Source: Candidatus Marinacidobacterium sp. (GTDB lineage: Bacteria > Acidobacteriota > Vicinamibacteria > Marinacidobacterales > Marinacidobacteraceae). Taken from it: a stretch of 64,000 nt of DNA. The notes beneath the pieces were generated by a model. It was given only the letters and a program-made list of their open reading frames with translations. It was not told the origin of the DNA and did not search any database. A program made the position numbers and the translations under genes. Each line of letters opens with the position of its first letter. Positions within the stretch are counted from its first letter, which is position 1. The stretch spans positions 640,001 through 704,000 of the forward strand of contig OZ244852.1 of NCBI GenBank assembly GCA_965220965.1. The letters are read 5' to 3'. Below, in pieces: positions 17,804 through 26,275 of this stretch.

Positions 17804-19225
17804 GTGATTCGCGTTCCCGTCCTTCGCTGGGGCCAGCCCTACCAGAGCCTCGAAACCAACACCGTCAGTCACTTCCTGAGCGGTGAAGCGGTCGCTGAAG
17901 TCGACCAGGCGCCCGGGGGGATCGTCCGCCGCGACCTGCGGAAGGCGGGTCGGGCGCGCCAGATCCTCCGCGAGATCCCGAGCCGGGAGATCCTCGGGAT
18001 GATGAAGGAGGCGGCCCGCCTCTACCAGGAGGAGGAGCTCCCTCTGGGCGATGGCCGGCAGTCCCCCTCGGACTTCGTGCGGGCGCAGTCGGCGACGACC
18101 GGCCTGCCCGAGTCCATGTGCCGGGCCAACATGGAGAAGAACCGGTTCGTCCTCGAGCGGATGGACCAGGTCCTCGACTCGCTGACGCGCGGGCTCGACC
18201 TCGACATCCTCGCCAGCGGCCACGGGGTCGAGGACCGGGGCGTGCCGGTGTCCTACCAGGCGCAGACCCCGGTCCTCGGCTGCGTCCTGCCGTCCAACTC
18301 TCCGGGAGTCCACACGCTCTGGCTGCCGGTCATCCCGATGCGGATCGGGCTGGTGCTGAAGCCCGGCCCGGAGGAGCCCTGGACGCCCTACCGGATGGCG
18401 GAGGCGTTCTTCGCCGCCGGCGTTCCCCGCGAGGCCATCGCGGTCTATCCGGGAGGCGCCGATGTGGGCGCCGCCGTCGTCGAGGCCGCCCCAAAGAGCC
18501 TCATCTTCGGAAGCCGCGCCACCGTGGAGCGCTACCGCTCGAATCCCGGCGTCCGGGTGCATGGCCCCGGCTTCTCCAAGATCCTGCTGGGCGACGATGT
18601 TGTGGACGAATGGGAGAAGCACCTCGACCTGCTGGTGGACAGCGTCTTCCAGAACAGCGGCCGTAGCTGCATTTCCTGTTCGGGGATCTGGGCTTCACGC
18701 CACACCGAGGAGATCGCCGAGGCGCTCGCCGAGCGGCTGGGGCCGGTGGCCCCGCGGCCTCCCGAGGACCCGGAGAGCGCGCTCGCGGCGTTCACCGTGC
18801 CCGGCGTGGCCGACGCCATCAATCAGGACATCGACGACCGGGTCGCGGCCGGCGGCGCCGAGGAGGTGACGGCGCCGCTCCGGGGCGGCCCGCGGCTCGT
18901 CAAGGAGGGGAACGCGGCGTGGCTGCGTCCCACCGTCGTCCACTGCGACGGCCCGGAGCGGCAGGCGGCGAACGTGGAATACATGTTCCCCTTCGCCTCG
19001 GTGGTCCGTTGCCCGCAGGAGAAGATGCTCGACCACATCGGGGACACCCTGGTGGCCACCGCGATCACCGGGGACAGCGGTTTTCGCGAGGCGCTCCTCG
19101 AGTCCCCGTCGGTCGACCGCCTGAATCTCGGACCCATCCCCACGAACCGCATCAACTGGCTGCAGCCGCACGAGGGAAACATCCTCGATGTCCTCTACCG
19201 CGCCCGCGCCTTCCAGAGCGCCTGA
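17804..19225 (+). CDS. Aldehyde dehydrogenase-fold protein, EhpG/GriD-like acyl-adenylate reductase candidate
   Basis: 'LPSNSPG', 'LKPG..EP', catalytic Cys in 'NSGRSCISCS', 'EYMFPF'; canonical 'LELGG' replaced by 'VHGPGFSK'. Confidence 0.8.
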   Translation: MIRVPVLRWGQPYQSLETNTVSHFLSGEAVAEVDQAPGGIVRRDLRKAGRARQILREIPSREILGMMKEAARLYQEEELPLGDGRQSPSDFVRAQSATTGLPESMCRANMEKNRFVLERMDQVLDSLTRGLDLDILASGHGVEDRGVPVSYQAQTPVLGCVLPSNSPGVHTLWLPVIPMRIGLVLKPGPEEPWTPYRMAEAFFAAGVPREAIAVYPGGADVGAAVVEAAPKSLIFGSRATVERYRSNPGVRVHGPGFSKILLGDDVVDEWEKHLDLLVDSVFQNSGRSCISCSGIWASRHTEEIAEALAERLGPVAPRPPEDPESALAAFTVPGVADAINQDIDDRVAAGGAEEVTAPLRGGPRLVKEGNAAWLRPTVVHCDGPERQAANVEYMFPFASVVRCPQEKMLDHIGDTLVATAITGDSGFREALLESPSVDRLNLGPIPTNRINWLQPHEGNILDVLYRARAFQSA

Positions 19226-19937
19226 GGGCGCCGCGCTGCGGGAGGCCGGCGAGACGGCTTCGGCGAGCGAGGGCCTGATCGTTCGCGGGCTCGTCAAGGA
19301 CTACGCCGGGCCCGGAGGCCTGCTGCGGGTGCTCGACGGCGTCGACCTCGAGGCCGGTCCCGGGGAGGCGCTCTCGATCATGGGAGCGTCGGGCTGCGGC
19401 AAGAGCACGCTCCTCTTCCTGCTGGGGGCGATCGAGTCGCCCTCCGACGGGGAGGTGCGTCTCGCCGGGGTGGACCCTCACGAACTGGATCCTGACGAGC
19501 AGGCCCGGTTCCGGCGCGACGAGGTGGGGTTCGTGTTCCAGGACCACTGCCTCCTTCCCCAGTGCACCGCGCTCGAGAACGTGCTCACCCCGACTCTTCC
19601 CGACCCGCGGCCCGGCGACCGGGACCGCGCGGTGGAGCTCCTCGACCGGGTGGGGCTGTCGGCGCGCCGCGACCATCTGCCGGCGGAGCTCTCCGGGGGC
19701 GAGAAACAGCGGGTCGCGATCGCGCGCGCGCTCGTGCGGCGACCGGGCCTCCTGCTGTGCGACGAGCCCACCGGGAACCTCGACGGGGAGGCGGCGGCCC
19801 GCGTCGCCGAACTGCTGGTGGATCGCGGCGCGGTGGGCGCGGGATGCATCGTGGTTCTGGTGACCCATGATCCGGGCCTGGGCGCCCGCTTCGACCGGGG
19901 TTACCGCATGGAGCGCGGCCGGCTCAAAGCCGCCTGA
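19188..19937 (+). CDS. ABC transporter ATP-binding protein (LolD/MacB type)
   Basis: Walker A 'GASGCGKS', 'GFVFQ', signature 'LSGGEKQR', Walker B 'LLCDEPTGNLD', 'VTHD'. Confidence 0.95.
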   Translation: MSSTAPAPSRAPEGAALREAGETASASEGLIVRGLVKDYAGPGGLLRVLDGVDLEAGPGEALSIMGASGCGKSTLLFLLGAIESPSDGEVRLAGVDPHELDPDEQARFRRDEVGFVFQDHCLLPQCTALENVLTPTLPDPRPGDRDRAVELLDRVGLSARRDHLPAELSGGEKQRVAIARALVRRPGLLLCDEPTGNLDGEAAARVAELLVDRGAVGAGCIVVLVTHDPGLGARFDRGYRMERGRLKAA

Positions 19938-19949
19938 GGGACGGCGCGG

Positions 19950-22900
19950 ATGGCCCGGGGTTCCGCAGACGTCGTCCGGCCGGCCCTGCGGGGTCTGATC
20001 CACTACCGGCGCGGGCACCTCCTCGTCGCCGCCGCCACCGCGGTTGCGGCGGCAGTTCTCGTCGGAGCGCTCGCGGTGGGCGATTCGGTCCGGGGCAGCC
20101 TCCGCGCCGTCTTCACCGAGCGGCTGGGAGAGGCCGACTTCGCGGTCCTCCCGCGCCATCCGTTCTCCGACGATCCGGCGACCGGGCTCGCGGCGCGGTT
20201 GGCGTCGCAACTCGAGCGGGAAGCTCCCGGATGGTTCGAGTCGCCGGCGCCGGCGCTGCGGCTCATGGGCGCGGTGTTTCTCCCGGACGGAGCTCCGGAG
20301 GCCGTCACCGTGTTCGGCGTCGACGACCGATATTTCGCGCTTCACCGGGTTCCGGGGCCGGTCTCGCCGGGCGCCGTCCGGGTGAGCCCCGGGCTGGCGC
20401 TTCAGGGCATCGAGCCCGGCGACTCGCTGCTGATCCGGGTGGACGGCGTCTCCGGGATCGCCTCGGCGTCGTTCTTCGGAGACAAGGGCGCCTCCGCGCT
20501 CACGTTCCGCCGCACGGTGGAGGCCTGGGCCGAGCCCCGTCCCGGCCCCGCCTCGGGCGGGTTCTCGCTGTTCCCGGTCCAGGGACCGGTGCGAGCCGTC
20601 TTTCTGCCGCTCGGCGAGCTTCGCGCGCTCCTCGACGAGGACTTCGGGGGGCCGCCCCGGGCCAACGCGCTCCTATTCCGGGCCGCCGGCGCGGCTGGCG
20701 CCGGGGACGAGGGAGAGGCGGTGCTGGCCGCCGCCCTCGATGCGACCGCCTCGCTGGACGACCGCGGGCTCGGACTGCGCCGGGGCGAGTCCGGCGACCT
20801 GGTGCTGGAGAGCCGGAGCCTCGCGCTCGCCGACCACGAGGTGGACGGGGCGGTCCGCGCCGCCGAGGCCCGGGGACTTCGGGCAGCGCCGGTGCTTACC
20901 TGGCTCGCGACCTCGATGGCGGCGAACGGACGCGAGACTCCGTATTCGCTGGTGGCCGGGCTTCCCGAGGGCTGGTTCCCTCCGGACGACGACCCCGGCG
21001 ATGTTCTGCTCCCCGGGCCCTGGCTCACCGAGGATCTCGACCTAACCGGGGGCGACGCGATCGAGGTGTCCTACCTTGTTTGGGACGAGGCGGGACGGTT
21101 CGAGGCCGCCGCCGCCTCGCTGCCGGTGGGGCCGGGGGTCGCCCTCGACGGGGTGTTCCGCGATACCACCCTGGCCCCGGAGTTGCCCGGCGTCACCGAC
21201 TCGGCGCGGATGGGCGACTGGGACCCGCCGTTTCCGCTGGACCTGAGCCGGATCCGGGACCGGGACGAAGAGTACTGGGACGACTTCGGCGCGCTTCCGA
21301 AGGCGTTCGTGCCCTACGCCACCGCGCGGCGCCTCTGGGAGATGCGACAGGGGAGCGCAACATCTGTCAGGTTCCGGAGCGAGGGGAGCGCGTCTCTGGA
21401 TCCCCTCCCGCTCGAAGAATCGCTCGTGGCGGAGCTTCCCGCCGCCGACTTCGGGCTCGCTCCGGTCGCGGTGCGGGCGCAGGGGCTCGAGGCCTCCCGG
21501 GGCGCGACCGACTTCGGGATCTATTTCCTCTACTTCTCGTGGTTCCTGCTGGTCTCGGCGTTCGTTCTCATCGCCCTGCTGTTCCGGCTGGGGATCGAGC
21601 GGCGGCTGCGGGAGATCGGCCTCCTGCTCGCCTGCGGCTGGCCGCCGAAGCGGGTCTCGCGGACGCTCCTCCTCGAGTCCCTGATCGTCGCCACTGTCGG
21701 CGTCGTGGTGGGTTCGGCGCTCGGCCTTCTCTATGCCCGGGGCATGGTGGGGCTTCTCTCCGGCGTGTGGGGGGGCGCGGTGACCGGGACGCTCGCCGCC
21801 TCCGACGGAGGGGCGGAGGCGCCGCTTCAGCTCTTCGTGAGCTGGGGTTCGGTCACCATGGGGGCGCTGGGCGCGCTCGAGATGGCCCTGATCGCCGCCT
21901 GGTGGACCACCCGGCGGCTCGTAAGACTCCCCCCGCGACCCCTCCTCGCCGGGAGCCTGCCGACCAGCGACGCGGCCGGCCCGCTCCCGGCGCCCGATCC
22001 CGGACGCCGCGCGCGTCGGCTGGCCGTCGGTCTCGCGGTCGTCGGCGTCGGCCTCGCGGGGGCGGCCGCGGCCGGGATCGTTCCGGAGACGGGCGGTTTC
22101 TTCGGAGCGGGGTCGGCGCTGCTCGCGGCCGGGCTCGCCGCCGGCTGGCGGCGCCTGGTGGCCGCCGGGGCCGGAGGCGCGCTCGCCGGGTTGCGGGAAC
22201 TCGCTTTCCGGGCGGCCGGTTTCCGCCCGGGCCGAAGTCTCGCCGCCATGGCGCTGGTGGCCTTCGCGGCCTTCACCCTGGTCGCGGTGGAGTCGTTCCG
22301 CAAGCAGTCGGGCGCCGGTGGTCTGCCCGAAGGCGTCGGCGGGGTCCTTGCGCTCACCGAGACGGTGCTGGGGGCGCCGTGGGACCCGACGACCGCCGAG
22401 GGGCAGGAGGCGCTCAACCTGCCGGCCGGCCTCGAAGGGTTCCGGGTGAGCCCGCTTCGTCTCGCCGGCCACGAGGACGCCAGTTGTCTCAATCTCTACC
22501 GCCCGGCGCGGCCGCGGGTGCTGGGCGTCCCCCCGACGCTGCGCGAGGAGAACCGGTTCCCGTTCGCGGCGCACATGGGCGAGACCGCGGCGGAGACCGC
22601 GAATCCCTGGCGCCTCCTCGAGCGCGCGCGGGCGCCCTCGGACCCCATCCCGGTGATCGGCGACCAGAACTCGATGACGTACGTCCTCAAGTGGCCGGTC
22701 GGCGAGGAGCGTTCCTACCCCATCGGGGACGGGGGCGCTCCGGTCCGGTTGCGGCTGGTGGCGACGCTTTGGGACAGCCTCTTCCAGGGGGAGCTGCTGA
22801 TGGCGGAGGAGGATCTGCTGGACTCGCTGCCGGTCGAGGACGGCTACCGCATGTTCCTGGTGGACCGGCCCGGCGAGGTCCCGGTCGGCGCCGAGGCGCT

Positions 22901-23393
22901 CGCTGCGGCGGAGTCCGCAGCCACGGCGCTCCTCGCCGATGCGCTCTCGGACTACGGAGCGGCCTCCACCGCCGCCCGCGCCCGGCTCGAGAGCTTCCAC
23001 CAGGTGGAGAACACTTACCTCTCCACCTTCCAGGCGCTCGGCGGCCTCGGGCTCCTGCTCGGAACGCTGGGGCTCGGCGCGGTGCTCCTGCGGAACGCCG
23101 ACGAGCGGAAGAAGGAGTGGGCGCTGCTCGCGGCGGCGGGCTACCGGCGGCGCGACTTCGCTTCGCTCGGTTTCTGGGAGAACGCGCTCCTCCTCCTCGC
23201 CGGCGTCGGGGTCGGCGCCGGCGCGGCCATCGTCTCGGTCCTCCCGGTGCTCGGCCAGCGGGGCGCCGGCGGGAGTCTCGGGCTCCTCGCCGTTCTCCTC
23301 TCCGGGATCGTGGCGTTCGGCCTGCTCACCGGCGCGCTCGCCGCCCGCCGCGCCGCCACCCGACCCATCCTCCCGGCGCTCCGCGCCGAGTGA
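19950..23393 (+). CDS. Large FtsX-like ABC permease (duplicated MacB/FtsX domains)
   Basis: 1147 aa; two periplasmic domains plus TM clusters; 'RLREIGLLLACG' and 'ERKKEWALLAAAG' FtsX motifs; C-terminal 'ALRAE'. Confidence 0.9.
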   Translation: MARGSADVVRPALRGLIHYRRGHLLVAAATAVAAAVLVGALAVGDSVRGSLRAVFTERLGEADFAVLPRHPFSDDPATGLAARLASQLEREAPGWFESPAPALRLMGAVFLPDGAPEAVTVFGVDDRYFALHRVPGPVSPGAVRVSPGLALQGIEPGDSLLIRVDGVSGIASASFFGDKGASALTFRRTVEAWAEPRPGPASGGFSLFPVQGPVRAVFLPLGELRALLDEDFGGPPRANALLFRAAGAAGAGDEGEAVLAAALDATASLDDRGLGLRRGESGDLVLESRSLALADHEVDGAVRAAEARGLRAAPVLTWLATSMAANGRETPYSLVAGLPEGWFPPDDDPGDVLLPGPWLTEDLDLTGGDAIEVSYLVWDEAGRFEAAAASLPVGPGVALDGVFRDTTLAPELPGVTDSARMGDWDPPFPLDLSRIRDRDEEYWDDFGALPKAFVPYATARRLWEMRQGSATSVRFRSEGSASLDPLPLEESLVAELPAADFGLAPVAVRAQGLEASRGATDFGIYFLYFSWFLLVSAFVLIALLFRLGIERRLREIGLLLACGWPPKRVSRTLLLESLIVATVGVVVGSALGLLYARGMVGLLSGVWGGAVTGTLAASDGGAEAPLQLFVSWGSVTMGALGALEMALIAAWWTTRRLVRLPPRPLLAGSLPTSDAAGPLPAPDPGRRARRLAVGLAVVGVGLAGAAAAGIVPETGGFFGAGSALLAAGLAAGWRRLVAAGAGGALAGLRELAFRAAGFRPGRSLAAMALVAFAAFTLVAVESFRKQSGAGGLPEGVGGVLALTETVLGAPWDPTTAEGQEALNLPAGLEGFRVSPLRLAGHEDASCLNLYRPARPRVLGVPPTLREENRFPFAAHMGETAAETANPWRLLERARAPSDPIPVIGDQNSMTYVLKWPVGEERSYPIGDGGAPVRLRLVATLWDSLFQGELLMAEEDLLDSLPVEDGYRMFLVDRPGEVPVGAEALAAAESAATALLADALSDYGAASTAARARLESFHQVENTYLSTFQALGGLGLLLGTLGLGAVLLRNADERKKEWALLAAAGYRRRDFASLGFWENALLLLAGVGVGAGAAIVSVLPVLGQRGAGGSLGLLAVLLSGIVAFGLLTGALAARRAATRPILPALRAE

Positions 23394-23432
23394 GGGCGGG
23401 ACCCGGGCGTACGATTCAGCAGCGGAGCCTTC

Positions 23433-24698
23433 ATGGCATATCCCGCGCCGTCCCGCAGCCGGTCCGAAGTGGACCGCGCGGGCGAGGTTCTGGCCGGGCC
23501 CAGGGACGAGGGGTGCGCTGCGGCGCGTCAGGTGGCCAGCGACTGGCGGGCCGCGCACGCCTACCCGCTGCTCGCGCTCCGGAAGCTTCTGGCGCGGAGG
23601 GCGCGCGAGGCCGACCCCGACGGCGACAGCCTGGTGGCGCTGCGACGTAACGGCCTGTTGGCGAAGTCCCGTGCAGCGCCGAGAGCGGTGAGGCGCCCGT
23701 CCGACAAGGCGCGTGAGCGAGGAATATCGGGAATATTCCGAGCGAAACGGAACGATGAGCGCCCCGAAGGGGCGCGGTTCGGGCGGGATGCATCGCCGCT
23801 CGAACGCCGCGTGACTTTGTCAATAGGCCGTTGAGCGACTGGTCTCGGTGGAGGCCAAGCTCCGGCGGTTCTCCGGGATGCGGCTCTCCCGGATGCAGGA
23901 CCTCGGCGGCTGCCGCGCCATCCTCTCCGATGTGGGGAGCGTGGACCGGCTGGTCCGGATCTACGCGGACCGGCGGCAGAGCCACGATCTGGTCAGGAGC
24001 GACGACTACATCGCGGAACCCAAGGCCGATGGATACCGGGGCGTCCACCTGGTCTACCGCTACCGCTCGCGGAGCGACGCCGGCGCCGTCTGGAACGGCC
24101 TGCGGATCGAGGTGCAGATGCGCTCGAGGCTCCAGCACGCCTGGGCCGCCGCGGTCGAGACCGTGGATGCGATCCGGGGTACGCGGCTCAAACGGGGGGG
24201 CCGGGCAACGGCCGCTGGGACCGGTTCTTCGCGCTCATGGGCAGCGTCCTGGCGATCCGGGAGAGGAGGCCAGCGGTTCCGGGAACGCCCACCGCCCTCG
24301 CGGAACTCCGGGACGAGGCGACGACGCTCGAACGGGAGCTGGGGGTCATGTCCACGCTGCTGACGCTGGGCGTGGCGGTTCACCGCGTGGATCGGGTTGC
24401 TGGACTCATCAGGGACTTTCGCCGGGTGGCCGCCTGGTACCTGCTGACAGTCGATTCCCGGACCGCCACGACCTCGGTCCGCGGCTATGGCGCGACGGCG
24501 TTCGAGGACGCGCGCGCCGAGTACCTTCGCCGCGAGGAACAGCATCGGGACAGCCCCGGGATTCAGGTCTGCCTGGTCTCCACGACCTCCGCCGAGGCGC
24601 TGCGAAGGGCCTATCCCAACTACCATCTCAATTCGCAGGACTTCCTGGGCGCGGTCGCCGAGCTGTACGAGCGGGGATCCCGGAGGGTTGGCCCGTGA
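23433..24698 (+). pseudogene. RelA/SpoT (alarmone-synthetase-like nucleotidyltransferase) domain gene disrupted by a MITE and a frameshift
   Basis: Three fragments: 'SRSEVDRAG..WRAAHAYPL' | 'KLRR..LSRMQDLGGCRAI..DYI..PK.DGYRGVHLV..IEVQMRSRLQHAWA.AVE' | 'W.RFFALM..AYPNY'. Deleting 23650-23833 and adding one G at 24194-24200 gives one continuous ORF. Confidence 0.85.
23650..23831. mobile_element. 182-bp non-autonomous MITE-like insertion
   Basis: Imperfect terminal inverted repeats ACGGCCTGTTGGCGAAGTC / GACTTTGTCAATAGGCCGT (16/19); flanked by TA and TG (degenerate TA duplication); internal hairpins; sits inside the conserved RxK motif. Confidence 0.8.
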
Positions 24699-24756
24699 AC
24701 ATCGCCCGCGGTCCCGTCGTTTCGTCGGGCGTACCAGGCATGCCGGAGGCGCGACC

Positions 24757-25038
24757 GTGAAGAGCAGGACTACGTACGAGCTGGACGCCAGGTCTGTCCG
24801 CGTGCTGAAGCGGCTCGCGCGCCGCTGGGGCGTTTCGGAGTCGGAGGCGCTTGGCCGGGCGATCCGCAGCGAGGGCTGCCGGCAGATGCGGAACGAGGAC
24901 GCCATTGCCGCACTTCAGGAGCTGCAGGCCTCGCTCCGGAGGAAGGGGGTCGACGTCGCCCGGTGGGAGCGCGAGGCGCGCGAGGAGCGGCGCGCCTCTT
25001 GGGGCCCCGGCCGAGCGTCGCCGGGGCCTCCTACGTAA
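24757..25038 (+). CDS. Ribbon-helix-helix (CopG/VapB-like) protein, antitoxin-like
   Basis: GGAGG RBS, GTG start; 'RTTYELD...LKRLARRWGVSESEAL.RAI' RHH pattern. Confidence 0.7.
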   Translation: MKSRTTYELDARSVRVLKRLARRWGVSESEALGRAIRSEGCRQMRNEDAIAALQELQASLRRKGVDVARWEREAREERRASWGPGRASPGPPT

Positions 25039-25047
25039 ACGGCTCCG

Positions 25048-26247
25048 CTACTCGGGAAAGACGCTCTTCGGGATGTAGCCGGTGACGACCTGGGTGAGGT
25101 CCACGACCTCGCTCACCCGGAAGTCCACCGCGATGCTCGTGAGCGAGAGCGCCTCGGCGGGGGAGTGACCCTTCTCCTCGACGAGGAACTCCACGACTCC
25201 CCGGGTGGCCTTGACCGCCGCCCGGTCCAGATCGAGGTCGATCCCCATGATCATGATGTGGTCGGCGTCCTCCGCGCGCGGCGCGGTGAGGGTGCGGCCC
25301 TTGTGGACCGCGAACCGGAACACCATGGACAGCGACTGCTCGATGGCGGTGCCGCTCACCTCGCCGTCACCCTGCGCGCCGTGGGGGTCCCCGGCGTAGA
25401 ACAGAGCTCCCGGGTGGAAGACCGGCAGGTAGAGCGTCGTTCCCGCTTTCAGGTCCTTCACGTCGAGGTTGCCGCCGAAGAGGCCGGGAGGGCGGGAGCC
25501 CTGGACCCCGGGGACGGTCACTCCCGGTTCCCCGAGCACCGGATCGGGCGCGACCGCCAGGATGCCGGGGAAGGGCGCCAGCGGGACCTCGACGCCGTGC
25601 GGCAGGAAGGCGACCTCGCGCCCGCCGGAGAAGCCGGTCCGGATCAGATGCCGGGTTCCCGGCGGGATGTCGAACGCGGGATCTCCCGGCCGAAAGCCCG
25701 GATAGCTCTCCGAAAACACCCCGCCCCGCGCCGAGGTGTTGTTGATGCCCCAGGGAACGCGGGTCGTCACCTCGAGGATCCGGATCTCGAGAACATCTCC
25801 GGGCTCGGCGCCCTCGATATGGATCGGGCCGGTGATCACGTGGCCGCTCCGCCCCTCGCGCGGGCGATCCCCCCGGGACGCCCAGAAGTCGAGCACGTCC
25901 TGGGGGATCTCCTCGCGGGGAACGCCGAGGCCGGTGAGCCAGGCGACCGGTTCTTCGTCCTGAACTGCGCCGGCGTGGGTCAGGGTGTCCACCCGGACGG
26001 TCGCGCCGGGCTCGACCCGGAGCACCGGCTCGCGATCCGTCGGGAACCAGCCCCAGACGACGTTGTCCGGAGTCGAGGGGACGAAGTGATCCGCTTCGAT
26101 GGGCGACTCGGCCGGAGGCGCCGCACTCCCGGCCTCCGCTTCGGTTCCCGGATCCGGCGCCGCACAACCGGCGAGGGCGACCAGGCATCCGGCAAGCCAG
26201 GCGGCCGCCGGGTGAAGCGATGTCCGGAATGTCAGGCGGCGTCCCAC
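25048..26247 (-). CDS. Acetamidase/formamidase family lipoprotein
   Basis: Lipobox LAGC; 'H.ITGPI.IEGAEPGDVL', 'GGNLD', 'GDPHGAQGDGEVSGTAIE'. Confidence 0.92.
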   Translation of the reverse strand: MGRRLTFRTSLHPAAAWLAGCLVALAGCAAPDPGTEAEAGSAAPPAESPIEADHFVPSTPDNVVWGWFPTDREPVLRVEPGATVRVDTLTHAGAVQDEEPVAWLTGLGVPREEIPQDVLDFWASRGDRPREGRSGHVITGPIHIEGAEPGDVLEIRILEVTTRVPWGINNTSARGGVFSESYPGFRPGDPAFDIPPGTRHLIRTGFSGGREVAFLPHGVEVPLAPFPGILAVAPDPVLGEPGVTVPGVQGSRPPGLFGGNLDVKDLKAGTTLYLPVFHPGALFYAGDPHGAQGDGEVSGTAIEQSLSMVFRFAVHKGRTLTAPRAEDADHIMIMGIDLDLDRAAVKATRGVVEFLVEEKGHSPAEALSLTSIAVDFRVSEVVDLTQVVTGYIPKSVFPE

Positions 26248-26275
26248 GGCGATTCCTCCCTGGAGAGCGGGCCCC

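Noticed and set aside
14435-19225. Calling the locus a phenazine, grixazone or lux (bioluminescence) cluster
   Set aside because: Only the adenylation/reductase-like pair is present; no phzA-G, griH/I or luxAB/D in the window.
20231-23650. 1139-aa plus-strand ORF and the many other Arg/Pro/Gly-rich alternative-frame ORFs in the track
   Set aside because: Off-frame shadows of recognisable genes; low-complexity composition typical of high-GC non-coding frames.
23433-23834. Treating 23433-23834, 23848-24363 and 24237-24698 as three separate genes
   Set aside because: They are consecutive fragments of one RelA/SpoT-domain gene, joined by removing the MITE and fixing the G-tract.
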